Shown piece after piece: positions 10,966-21,545 of a stretch of 64,000 nt of DNA. Position 1 is the first letter of the stretch; the number at the start of each line of letters is the position of its first letter. A program made the translations under genes and the position numbers. Source of the stretch: Candidatus Poribacteria bacterium (lineage in GTDB: Bacteria; Poribacteria; WGA-4E; WGA-3G); NCBI GenBank assembly GCA_963665235.2, contig CAXXLX010000001.1, positions 1,152,001-1,216,000 of the forward strand. The letters run 5' to 3'. The notes beneath the pieces were generated by a model. It had not been told where the DNA came from, ran no database searches, and saw only the letters and a program-made list of their open reading frames with translations.

Positions 10966-11044
10966 CCGCAGGCAGCCCCAGCAATGGATTTAGCGCGGGT
11001 TAATCGTTGACCTGTCAGACATTGCACATCTTATGGAGGTTTCC

Positions 11045-11279
11045 ATGTTTGAATCATCAACTTATCGATATATCTTCGAACAAGGACAACAAGAAATTGC
11101 TGTCAAAAACATCTTGAGTGTCCTTGACGTTCGATTCGGCATCGGCACAGACGAAACCTTGCAGATAGCTCTTGAGGCGATAGAAGACATGCAACGCCTC
11201 GAAGCACTGCACCGAACAGCTGTGCAAGGTCGATACCTTCGATGCATTCAGGCAGACCTTGACTGAAAACGGAAAATAG
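11045..11279 (+). pseudogene. Stand-alone Rpn C-terminal module (RpnS-like), copy 2, frameshifted near the 3' end
   Basis: GGAGG RBS followed by MFESSTYRYIFEQGQQE, closely matching 10732-10965. Confidence 0.7.
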
Positions 11280-11398
11280 CACCGGGCAGCTCCGCAGATG
11301 GATTTCGCGCGGGTTATAGGTATCAGCCGATAGCTTACAACCCGCGTAATCCCGTAATCCGCAATAATCCCAGATCCTGACAAAAAATGGAGGTTCCC

Positions 11399-11633
11399 AT
11401 GTTTGAATCATCTACTTATCGATATATCTACGAACAAGGGCAACGAGAAATTACTGTTAAATACACCTTGAATTGTCCTTGACGCTCGATTCGGCATCGG
11501 CACAGATGAAAACTTGCAGATAGCTCTCGAGCAGATAGAAGACATGCAACGTCTCGAAACACTGTACCGAACAGCTGTGCAAACTGATAGTGTCGAGGCA
11601 TTCATGCAAACCTTAACAGAAAACGGAAAATAA
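11399..11633 (+). pseudogene. Stand-alone Rpn C-terminal module (RpnS-like), copy 3, frameshifted
   Basis: GGAGGTTCCCATG followed by MFESSTYRYIYEQG; +1 frameshift near 11472. Confidence 0.7.
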
Positions 11634-12177
11634 TACCATTTTTATTAATTATTCTATCATTACCGGTTGTTAGAAATGAAACGGAGACCCAAACGGAAGA
11701 CCACAAACTGGAAGTTTATGCTACGATAAAGCGCACAAACTGGAAGTTTATGCTACGATAAAGCGCACAAACTGGAAGTTTATGCTACGATAAAGCGCAC
11801 AAACTGGAAGTTTATGCTACGATAAAGCGCACAAACTGGAAGTTTATGCTACGATAAAGCGCACAAACTGGAAGTTTATGCTACGATAAAGCGCACAAAC
11901 TGGAAGTTTATGCTACGATAAAGCGCACAAACTGGAAGTTTATGCTACGATAAAGATAAAGCGCACAAACTGGAAGTTTATGCTACGATAAAGCGCACAA
12001 ACTGGAAGTTTATGCTACGATAAAGCGCACAAACTGGAAGTTTATGCTACGATAAAGCGCACAAACTGGAAGTTTATGCTACGATAAAGCGCACAAACTG
12101 GAAGTTTATGCTACGATAAAGCGCACAAACTGGAAGTTTATGCTACAATAAAGAGACATTTCCAATTAGAAATGGTA
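11634..12177 (+). mobile_element. MITE family A, TAA target duplication, about 14 internal 32-bp repeats
   Basis: TAA at 11631-33 and 12178-80; TACCATTT/AAATGGTA ends. Confidence 0.92.
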
Positions 12178-12299
12178 TAACCCCGCACTGAAACATTAAC
12201 TTTACGCACCCCCTCTAAAAATTTTTATTTGACAAAATGATGCAAATTTGGCATAATCGTACTATAAACATTAATCTATTAAGAAGGAGAGATTTTTTG

Positions 12300-14401
12300 A
12301 TGATTCAAATACTAACAAAGTATAGAACTTTTGGAGGCACCTCTCATACTCCTATCCTGCCTTGTCTTGGTGCTATACAGTACGCCTGTGGACGCACAGC
12401 GCAGTGAAGCCACAGTTGCAGGAATCTGGACATTTGACGATGGTACTGCAAACGATAGTTCAAATCAAGGATTAAACGGCGTGATTGTTGGCAAACCGAA
12501 GTCCGTAAAGGGGCTCGCTAACAACGCCTTTGAATTCAATGGCACAAGCGACGGTATAAAGATTCCGGACTCACCCAGAATCAACATCACTAACAAAGTT
12601 ACAAACCGGACAATCGCAGCCCTTTTTAATTGTAGTGATGTCAACAAGGATCAGAAGCAGGTGATTTTCGAGGAGGGAGGTCAGACCCGCGGATTAGCTA
12701 TCTATGTGTTTGAAGGGAAAGTCTACATCGGCGGTTGGAATCGCGCCGAATACAACTGGGCAGGTGCATGGCCCTCCACGGACATCAAATCGAATCAATG
12801 GTACCATATCGGTCTAGTGCTAAGTCAGGCTGCTTTGGTAATTGACGGGTAAAGTTTTTTGAGTTTTATACGTGCATCGTCAGTTGTAAACCGCCAGTCG
12901 GAATATATCGGCACGTTGTTCGTTTCTTCGGTTTTGATAACGCCCGTATCTCCTTCTTTAGGGTCTCTTGGTCAGCGATCCGCTTTGAAAGACAGCCGCG
13001 GGATAGCACCGATAGTTCAATCTCCGCCATATTCAACCAACTGCCATGCTTCGGGGTATAGATGAAACTCAAGTCTTTTCGCAATACGCCGGGCTTCAGC
13101 CGGTTCAAAAGTTTATACAGCGAAGCGGTTTTATGTGTGTTGAGATTGTCACAAACGAGTGTAATCTTTTCAGCCTCCGGAAAATGGACATCCACTAGGT
13201 CTCGGCAAATGAAGGCAAAGTCAATGCTTGTGCGTCTGTCGGTTACCTCAACGTGCCGAAATCCGTCAAAGGGTGCGAAAATCATGAACAGATTACTCAC
13301 ACCATTTCGCTGGTATTGATAATCATATCGGAGCGGAGCCCCTTCAACCATGGGTAAAGGGCTTCGGGTTTCTTTGATGTGTTGTTTACTTGTTTCATCA
13401 ACACAAACTACAGGATTTTTGGTATCTTGTGGACACTGATAGACTTCGAGAACATCTTCCATCGCTGCAACGAACTCCGCATTTGATTCGGGAGGAATAC
13501 ACCATTGCTTTATTAGCCAAGGGCTAAAACCGATTTTTTTAGGACCCGGCGTATGGTCTCGTGAGATATGCTATCAAAATGTTCCAATCTCCACCATTAT
13601 TTTCCGCTAACATCGAAGCGTCCATCTCGCACACCTCTGGCGGTTCCGAGCAAACTAAAGCGATTAGATGTGCTTCTTTTTCACCATCAAACTTTTTGCC
13701 TGGGGTGTCTGAACGCTTTTTCGGGTTGAGTGCGGCTGTGAGGTTTTCAAGCACAAAGGCTTTACGGGTTGCAAACGATAGTTCTCAATAGCCCGGTATT
13801 GCTTCAACAGCCTTTTTATTTTATCATCAAGTAGGCGGGTCCGAACTCGCCTTCATCGGCTTTCAAGAGGATCCGGGCACGGCCCTAAGTTTGCGTGCCG
13901 ATTCTTTCCCAGAAGATATCAGAGTAAGGAGATAATCTCGTTGGGTCAGATCAAGAATGACTTGATATTGTTTTGCTGCCATAATAGACTCGGCGGTTAT
14001 GAATCGCGCACGAATACAACTCATGCATACCCTTTATCAATCAACTATCAAGCAATGACCTAACACTAGTCATTCGCAACGCTGCCGCAAAGGTGGAAAA
14101 AGACAAGCTTGAAATGTGGCTTGATGGCGAACTTATTGCCAAAGAATCGGGCGGGCTGCTGAATCCACACGCCGATGATAACGGCATCGGTTTCCTCAAT
14201 CAAAATTCCTTCTATCATGATGGCGGACGCGGAGCTACCAACACCGACTGGTTCGGCGGCCTAATTGACGAAGTTATTATCTACGGCTCCGCTTTTAACA
14301 AGGCGGATTTTCAGGCAGTCGCACAGCCGCTAAGTGTCGAACCAGCAGGAAAATTCACAACGACCTGGGCAAACCTAAAGACCCGGCGAACGCAAAACTA
14401 G
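12300..14401 (+). pseudogene. Secreted LamG (concanavalin-A-like) protein split by an IS630 element
   Basis: Removing the IS gives ...WYHIGL-VIRNAAAKVEKDKLE, collinear with paralogue 14517-15350; the ATG at 12300 is 1 nt out of frame with the 12331 ORF. Confidence 0.88.
12817..14066 (-). mobile_element. IS630-family insertion sequence with a multiply frameshifted transposase
   Basis: TIRs GTGCTAAGTCA / TGACCTAACAC, TA duplicated within a CTAG site; DDE motifs VVCVDE, CDNLNTH, SWLNMAEIE. Confidence 0.92.
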
Positions 14402-14516
14402 GTTTATCAAGATTTAGGCAATGTACCACTCGGCACCAAAACGAGCCTATCGGGTTCAATTGCGTAAATTCTACTTACTACAACGCGGAGACATCTCCGC
14501 AGAGGAGAAGAAAAAA

Positions 14517-15350
14517 ATGACAAAATTTATCTCTATTTTCACTGTTTTACTCATGCTCGTCGCTCTATCTGTCCACGCAGCAAGAGACGAAGCAACGGCT
14601 AGAGCTATTTGGACCTTTGATGAAGGCAATGCTGCTGATACCTCCGGCAACAATGTCAACGGAAATTTAGTCGGTGACCCTGAAGTTGTCGACGGTATCG
14701 TCGGAAAAGCATTTCAATTCGACGGGATAGATGATGGTATCAAATTACCGGATGCCAACGGGCTCAACACAGGCGGCCCCTTCACGAACAGAACGATTGC
14801 GGCTTACTTCAAATGTGACGACGTTAGTGTCACAGACCAAAAACAGACTATCTTTGAATCGGGCGGTCGGACCCGCGGTTTCGTTGTCAATGTCTTTGAT
14901 GGACGCGTCTACGTAGGGGCGTGGAACCGTGCCGAGTACCGATGGGAGGGGGCATGGCCCTCTGCCGCTGTCGACTCTGGCAGATGGTATCACGTTGCAT
15001 TAGTCCTCCGGGATACGAAGAACGCCGTTGAAGATGACAAATTTGAGCTGTGGCTCGATGGAGAAAAGATTGCCAGCGAACCCGGCGGTCAGCTCAACGC
15101 ACACGCGGACGATATCGGTATAGCACATACCAACACAAACGCTGTTTTCCACGATGACGATGGAGCTGGCACTAACATTCACTACTTTGGCGGCACTATT
15201 GATGAGGTTATTGTCTATAACTCCGCATTTGATGCCGATGATTTCGCGGAATATGCTGATGTCATTCAGGCAGCTACAAGTGTTGAACCACAAGGCAAAT
15301 TTACCACAACATGGGGAACGTTGAAAGCACAACGCATAGGCATGCGATAG
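14517..15350 (+). CDS. Secreted LamG-domain protein with C-terminal VEPQGKFTTTWGTLK motif
   Basis: Signal peptide, WTFDEG, WYHVALV, YFGGTIDEVIVYN. Confidence 0.9.
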   Translation: MTKFISIFTVLLMLVALSVHAARDEATARAIWTFDEGNAADTSGNNVNGNLVGDPEVVDGIVGKAFQFDGIDDGIKLPDANGLNTGGPFTNRTIAAYFKCDDVSVTDQKQTIFESGGRTRGFVVNVFDGRVYVGAWNRAEYRWEGAWPSAAVDSGRWYHVALVLRDTKNAVEDDKFELWLDGEKIASEPGGQLNAHADDIGIAHTNTNAVFHDDDGAGTNIHYFGGTIDEVIVYNSAFDADDFAEYADVIQAATSVEPQGKFTTTWGTLKAQRIGMR

Positions 15351-15433
15351 ACATTATGCGGCTTTGATTCAGATCTAACAAGGCAAGCTAATCATTTTCG
15401 ATACCATTGGACAAAAGGTTTCTTATCTCACGC

Positions 15434-15464
15434 AGCACGGTAGTTTTTTATCTGCCGTGCTTTT
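15434..15464 (+). terminator. Rho-independent terminator
   Basis: AGCACGGTAG-loop-CTGCCGTGCT followed by a T tract. Confidence 0.7.
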
Positions 15465-15471
15465 CTGTTCC

Positions 15472-15572
15472 TGCCAAAATGGCACAATCCAAAACACAAT
15501 CCTGCCCTTTAAGATTTCCAGACGGTTCACCGTGTCAAAAAGACCCGATAAACATTGGCATAAATTTTGCTA
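15472..15572 (+). promoter_or_regulatory. Putative sigma54 promoter of clpB with an upstream activator-like palindrome
   Basis: TTGGCATAAATTTTGCTA (GG-N10-GC) at 15555-15572; TGCCA-AAA-TGGCA at 15472-15484. Confidence 0.6.
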
Positions 15573-15649
15573 TAACCTAAGCCTAAAATAACGTGAGTTT
15601 GAAAAAAAGTTTTTGACCTGCGGTGTCCTCCGATATTTTTAGCGAAGAC

Positions 15650-15962
15650 AGCACAAACTAGGAAGTATGTGCTACAAAATAAAATCCAAAGCACAAACTA
15701 GGAAGTATGTGCTACAAAATAAAATCCAAAGCACAAACTAGGAAGTATGTGCTACAAAATAAAATCCAAAGCACAAACTAGGAAGTATGTGCTACAAAAT
15801 AAAATCCAAAGCACAAACTAGGAAGTATGTGCTACAAAATAAAATCCAAAGCACAAACTAGGAAGTATGTGCTACAAAATAAAATCCAAAAGCACAAACT
15901 AGGAAGTATGTGCTACAAAATAAAATCCAAAGCACAAACTAGGAAGTATGTGCTACAAAATA
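15650..15962 (+). repeat. 40-bp tandem repeat, 8 copies, containing a REP-like hairpin
   Basis: Unit GCACAAACTAGGAAGTATGTGCTACAAAATAAAATCCAAA. Confidence 0.97.
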
Positions 15963-15984
15963 CAAATCGCAAAGGAGCTATAAA

Positions 15985-18564
15985 ATGAGACTCGATAGAT
16001 TTACAATTAAAGCACAAGAAGCACTACAAACCGCACAAACGTTAGCAAGCGAAGCACAAAACCCGGAGCTTGGCGTTGAGCATCTGATGCTCTCCCTTAT
16101 CGAACAGACAGATGGCATTGTCACGCCAATTTTGCAGAAATTAGGGGCGGACATCCACGGAATTACCGAGGCACTTGCCGCAGTCGTTCAAAAAAAACCC
16201 ACTGTACAAGGTGCAACCTCGGAACTGCAGCTCTCCGCCGCACTTCAAACTGTCTTAGAGACTGCTCTCAAAGAGGCGACATCACTTAAAGATGAATACG
16301 TTAGTACAGACCATCTCCTGATTGCCTGTGCTGAATCGAAGCAGAGCCAAGCCGGACAAATTCTACGGGACGCTGGCGTAACGAAGGACAAAATCCTCAA
16401 ATCCCTCGTTGACATTCGTGGCACCCAACGGATAACCGACCGGAATCCGGAGGACAAATATCAAGCACTCACCCGATTTGGTAGAGAGCTCACACAAGAG
16501 GCACTCGCCGGCACACTTGACCCTGTTATCGGGCGGGATGATGAAATCCGACGCCTGATGCAAGTCCTCTCCCGAAGACGCAAAAACAATCCTGTCCTGA
16601 TTGGTGAACCGGGAGTCGGGAAAACGGCTATCGTGGAAGGCTTGGCACAGCGGATTGCGGATGGAGACGTACCGGAAACCCTGCGCGAAAAACGGCTCAT
16701 CGCGCTGGACCTTGGCGCACTTATCGCTGGCAGTAAATATCGCGGTGAATTTGAAGACCGACTCAAAGCGGTCCTCAAAGACATAGAACAGGCAGCGGGA
16801 CAGGTTATCCTCTTCATCGACGAACTCCATACCATTGTCGGGGCGGGTGCAGCGGAAGGCGCAGTGGACGCATCTAACATGCTCAAACCCGCCCTTGCAC
16901 GCGGCGAATTGCGATGCATCGGTGCAACTACACTCGATGAATATAGGAAACATATCGAAAAAGATGCAGCCCTCGAACGCCGATTCCAACCCGTTCAGGT
17001 ATATGAACCCTCCGTTGAAGGGACAATCGCTATCCTCCGGGGCTTGAAGGAACGATATGAAACACATCACGGCGTACAAATCCAAGACAACGCTATTGTC
17101 GCCGCAGCTACGCTCTCAAAACGGTACATCGCTGACCGATTCCTGCCCGATAAAGCGGTTGACCTCATGGACGAAGCGGCATCCCGATTGCGCATCGAAA
17201 TCGATAGCGTCCCCGAGCAAATCGATGATGTCGAACGCCGGATCATCCAACTCCAAATTGAACAGCAGGCCCTCGAAAAAGAGGAAGACGAGGCATCAAA
17301 ACAACGTCTCGATAAACTGAACGGCGAACTCGCTGAACTCAAAGAGAAAGCGAACACCCTAAAAACCAAATGGCAAAACGAAAAAGCAAACCTGGTACAG
17401 ATTCGAAAACTGATGGAACAGGTTGAAGCACTCCGCACTGAATCCGAACAGGCGAAGCGCGCCGGCAACCTCGCCAAAGCGTCAGAGCTGGAATACGGCA
17501 AAATACCTGCACTTGAAGCACAACTTAAATCGCTACGGGAAACGCTTGAAACAACAGCGAACGGCACACAGATGCTAAAAGAACGGGTCAGTGCTGAAGA
17601 TATCGCCGAAATTGTCGCAAAATGGACAGGCATCCCCGTTTACCGACTTATGGAAGGCGAAACGCAAAAACTGCTCCACATGGAAGAACGACTCCGAGAA
17701 CAGGTCATCGGACAGGATGAGGCGGTCTCTGCTGTTGCTAACGCAATTCGCCGCTCACGTGTTGGGCTCAGCGACCCGGAGCGACCCCTCGGCTCGTTCC
17801 TCTTCATGGGACCGACCGGTGTCGGAAAAACGCACCTGGCAAAATCCCTTGCAGAATTTCTGTTCGACGATGTCAACGCTATGATACGTATCGATATGAG
17901 TGAATACATGGAAAAGCATACCGTCTCCAAGCTTATCGGCGCACCCCCAGGCTACATCGGATACGATGAAGGTGGACAACTCACCGAAGCGGTCAGACGA
18001 CACCCATATTGTGTTATCCTCCTAGACGAAGTCGAAAAGGCGCACCCTGAGGTGTTTAATGTCCTCCTCCAGATGCTTGATGATGGCAGAATGACCGATG
18101 GACACGGCCGAACGGTCGATTTTAAGAATACTGTTGTTATCATGACCTCTAATATCGGCAGTCAATGGATTAGCGACACCGAACTCACTGCACCCGACAT
18201 TCACAAGAAAGTGATGAACGCTTTACAGGCACATTTCCCACCGGAATTTCTAAACCGTATCGATAACCTAATCATTTTTGAACGGCTCGGCATTGATGAA
18301 TTGAAACAGATTGTCACCCTTGAACTTGCAAAACTGAGCGGACGGTTTGCCGAAAAGGATATGACGCTAACGCTCACCGAAACCGCAAAGGCGGAACTTG
18401 TCACACGCGGATTTGATGCTGTATACGGCGCACGTCCCTTGCGACGAACACTCCAACGTGATATTCTCAATCCGTTGGCAATTCAGATGCTTGAAGGCAA
18501 TTTCCACAATGGCGATGCTGTCACCGTCGATGTCGCAGATGACGCATTCGTCTTCCGTAATTAA
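15985..18564 (+). CDS. clpB: ATP-dependent chaperone ClpB
   Basis: Two AAA+ modules ([16 protein letters not shown]), coiled-coil M domain, 859 aa. Confidence 0.98.
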   Translation: MRLDRFTIKAQEALQTAQTLASEAQNPELGVEHLMLSLIEQTDGIVTPILQKLGADIHGITEALAAVVQKKPTVQGATSELQLSAALQTVLETALKEATSLKDEYVSTDHLLIACAESKQSQAGQILRDAGVTKDKILKSLVDIRGTQRITDRNPEDKYQALTRFGRELTQEALAGTLDPVIGRDDEIRRLMQVLSRRRKNNPVLIGEPGVGKTAIVEGLAQRIADGDVPETLREKRLIALDLGALIAGSKYRGEFEDRLKAVLKDIEQAAGQVILFIDELHTIVGAGAAEGAVDASNMLKPALARGELRCIGATTLDEYRKHIEKDAALERRFQPVQVYEPSVEGTIAILRGLKERYETHHGVQIQDNAIVAAATLSKRYIADRFLPDKAVDLMDEAASRLRIEIDSVPEQIDDVERRIIQLQIEQQALEKEEDEASKQRLDKLNGELAELKEKANTLKTKWQNEKANLVQIRKLMEQVEALRTESEQAKRAGNLAKASELEYGKIPALEAQLKSLRETLETTANGTQMLKERVSAEDIAEIVAKWTGIPVYRLMEGETQKLLHMEERLREQVIGQDEAVSAVANAIRRSRVGLSDPERPLGSFLFMGPTGVGKTHLAKSLAEFLFDDVNAMIRIDMSEYMEKHTVSKLIGAPPGYIGYDEGGQLTEAVRRHPYCVILLDEVEKAHPEVFNVLLQMLDDGRMTDGHGRTVDFKNTVVIMTSNIGSQWISDTELTAPDIHKKVMNALQAHFPPEFLNRIDNLIIFERLGIDELKQIVTLELAKLSGRFAEKDMTLTLTETAKAELVTRGFDAVYGARPLRRTLQRDILNPLAIQMLEGNFHNGDAVTVDVADDAFVFRN

Positions 18565-18580
18565 ACGTAAGTTGCCCATC

Positions 18581-18607
18581 GTAGGGGCGAGGTCACCTCG
18601 CCCCTAC
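18581..18607. repeat. Perfect GTAG-type REP palindrome, possibly also the clpB terminator
   Basis: GTAGGGGCGAGG-TCA-CCTCGCCCCTAC. Confidence 0.75.
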
Positions 18608-18716
18608 GGCGGGCGCGATTGTAGGGAAACCGTTCATTGACCATCTATAAACGTTACAAGCGCGAGGGTTTCTGCCCCCGCTTCTCAGTCCTGTAGGGAC
18701 GATATGTTTATAGAAC

Positions 18717-18868
18717 AACGTGAGTTTGAAAAAAGTTTTGACCTAGAGCGTTCTCTGGTAGTTTTAGCAAAAAACTGCACAAACTAGGAAGTATGTGCTA
18801 CAATGATGCTGCTTTTTTCTCGGTGAAAAAGGTTTAGAGCAAACGGATATTTATTATCAAGTTCACTT
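18717..18868 (+). mobile_element. MITE family B (about 150 bp; AACGTGAGTTTGA...TCAAG(T/C)TCAC)
   Basis: Near-identical copy at 44706-44857; partial left ends at about 15590 and 30733. Confidence 0.8.
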
Positions 18869-18892
18869 TAGAACAACAAAACGACCCTGTCC

Positions 18893-19595
18893 TAGTCCCG
18901 TAGGGACGATATCTTTCTAGAAAACCCAAACAACACACAAACTAGCCCCAGCGGGGCGATATCTTTATAGAAAACGCAACCACACACAAACTAGTCCCGT
19001 AGGGACGATATCTTTCTAGAAAACCCAAACAACACACAAACTAGCCCCGTAGGGACGATATCTTTATAGAAAACGCAACCACACACAAACTAGCCCCGTA
19101 GGGGCGATATCTTTATAGAAAACGCAACCACACACAAACTAGCCCCAGCGGGGCGATATCTTTCTAGAAAACGCAACCACACACAAACTAGCCCCAGTAG
19201 GGGCGATATCTTTCTAGAAAACCCAAACAACACACAAACTAGTCCCGTATCTTTATAGACGATATCTTTCTAGAAAACGCAACCGGTTGTTAGAAACACA
19301 AAGACCCAAACTAAAAGTTTATCCCAAACTGGTTTATGGGACGAGTTTATCTTTCTAGATGGTATTAAATCCCAAACAACGATTGACACAAACTAGTGTA
19401 TAATATTAACCCGTGAAGGGACGATATCAGATTCTAGAAAACCCAAACAACACACAAACTAGCCCCGTAGGGACGATATCTTTCTAGAAAACGCAACCAC
19501 ACACAAACATTAGTCCCGTAGGGACGATATCTTTGGCGAAGGTAGAAAACGCAACCACACACAAACTAGCCCCAGCGGGGCGATATCTTTATAGA
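18893..19595 (+). repeat. Tandem REP array (unit about 54 bp, TAG(T/C)CCCGTAGGG(A/G)CGATATCTTT(A/C)TAG plus spacer), scrambled centre
   Basis: About 12 units; same core as the arrays at 26.9 and 34.6 kb. Confidence 0.9.
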
Positions 19596-19715
19596 ATGTT
19601 GGTTATTAGAATCACAACCTCTTGCCAATCGCTAATAACGATTGACAAACGTTACAATGAAGTGTATAATATTAACATGCATAATTATCCCAGCTTTGAA
19701 GGATAACATCCCATC

Positions 19716-20553
19716 ATGACAGATAGGATAGAAGAATTTTTTAGACAGCTACTTGAAGCCTTACCGCATCAACGCTACGATATTGTAAGCAAAGGCATAT
19801 TCGCCGTATTCGCTGAAGCATTGTTGCGACATTTTACAAACATCCGAGACCTCGAGTTCATTGAACACCTCGATACGGAACTCCCAACCGTCGAAATCCG
19901 ACGCATGGATATTTTGGCGAAGGTCCGAATTAATGGTAAAGAGGTTTTAGTCCATATAGAGTTCCAAGTCAGCAGCCAACCCGAAACAGAAATAGTGAAA
20001 CGGAAACTGGCTAATGGCTATTGGCTATTGGCTTATGGCAAGATTTTCTGATTCTAATAAGAACTCTAACGCGCGTCAGAGTCCTCTTCTTCTTTTGCCA
20101 ATTGCTAATCGCCAATTGCTAATCGCTAAATTGGCATTCACGCCTTTGATGAAGCGACCGGACGATGTATCCGCCGTGGAATGGGTCGAACGGTGCCACG
20201 AACAGGTACGTGCGCTGGACCTTGATTTTGATGTTCAAAACAACTTACTACTTTGGCAATGGATTCTGAGCGGTTTAATAGTTGACCCCGCAGAAATCAA
20301 ACATCTAGTGGAGGAAAACATGTTTGAATCATCTACTTATCGATATATCTTCGAACAAGTACAGCAACAAACTACTGTCAAAAACATCTTGAGTGTCCTT
20401 GATGTTCGCTTCGGCATCGGCACAGATGAAACCTTGCAGATATCTCTCGAGGAGATAGAAGACCTACAACGCCTCGAAGCACTGCTCGGAACAGCTGTGC
20501 AAACCGATAGTGTCGAGGCATTCAGGCAAACATTGACTGAAAACGGAAAATAG
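19716..20553 (+). pseudogene. Second Rpn-like paralogue with the same internal replacement
   Basis: Paralogue of 10128-10965; identical insert at 20007-20131; internal GGAGG-N5-ATG at 20320. Confidence 0.85.
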
Positions 20554-20695
20554 CACTGCACAGGCGCGGGGGGTTCTGCCCCCGCCTCTTAGTCCCGTAA
20601 CGTTCCCATTCCCGAAAAAATTCGTAAAAAACGCCAAAATATCAAAAAAATTAACCCAATTTCGTAAAAATTCTACATTTTTTGCAAAAAAAAAT

Positions 20696-21115
20696 TTGAC
20701 ATTCCCCCAAAATTAAGGTATACTTAATAGGTAAAATGAAAAATCAACACATTTTTTGCGAAAAATTGTTGACATCCTAACCCGTTTCATGCTATAATTA
20801 AAACGTATATAGCGAAAACGATACCGAAAATAGCCGAAATAAAAAATTAATTTGACTTTTTTGGTAAAATATCGTATACTTAAGTATGTGAACGGAAAAT
20901 CAACCAACGCATCGCAAAAAAAAATTGTTGACAAACATATCCGTTTTATCGTATAATTAAATGTAAAGTTGTAAAAACGGCAACGAAAACAGAAACGTAA
21001 CACGGACCTAAAAATTTGACATTTTTTTGTAACCCGTGTAAAATACGTAACGTTAGATAAACGTAAACCCGAAAAAACAGTAGCGGTTGACATTTTTTGT
21101 AACCGACGCTATAAT
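20696..21115 (+). promoter_or_regulatory. Six tandem near-consensus sigma70 promoters
   Basis: TTGAC(A/T) at 20696, 20769, 20852, 20928, 21016 and 21087, each followed 17-18 bp later by TATACT, TATAAT or TAAAAT. Confidence 0.8.
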
Positions 21116-21545
21116 GGGTAACGTTAATTAGAACGAGTTTGGCGTAAACAACCGAGCAACAAAAATGCAATTGCGACTTGCACATCCCTCTGAAAAACCC
21201 AGTTTTTCAGCGCGACCCGCAGGCATCACTCGGACAAACAGAAAATCCCAACGCCAAAAAACGTTCTCGGTAGGCGAAGGTATGGGACACACGGAAAAAT
21301 CCCAACCCCCTACACACACATGTTTTAGGAAGACGAGGATTCAACATAAGTGCATCTGCACACAACAAGTTTTGAACCCCCAACACTCCTAATACTATAG
21401 GTTAGTAGAATAGATTATCATATCCCTGAATCTGTTCTTGATATTTCATTTTGTAGTATTGTCGGGCGCGATAGTACGCAATACGCACATCGCCCCAAAA
21501 TTAAATGTTTTAGTTAGATTTTATATAATAGAGGAGAAATAAGTA

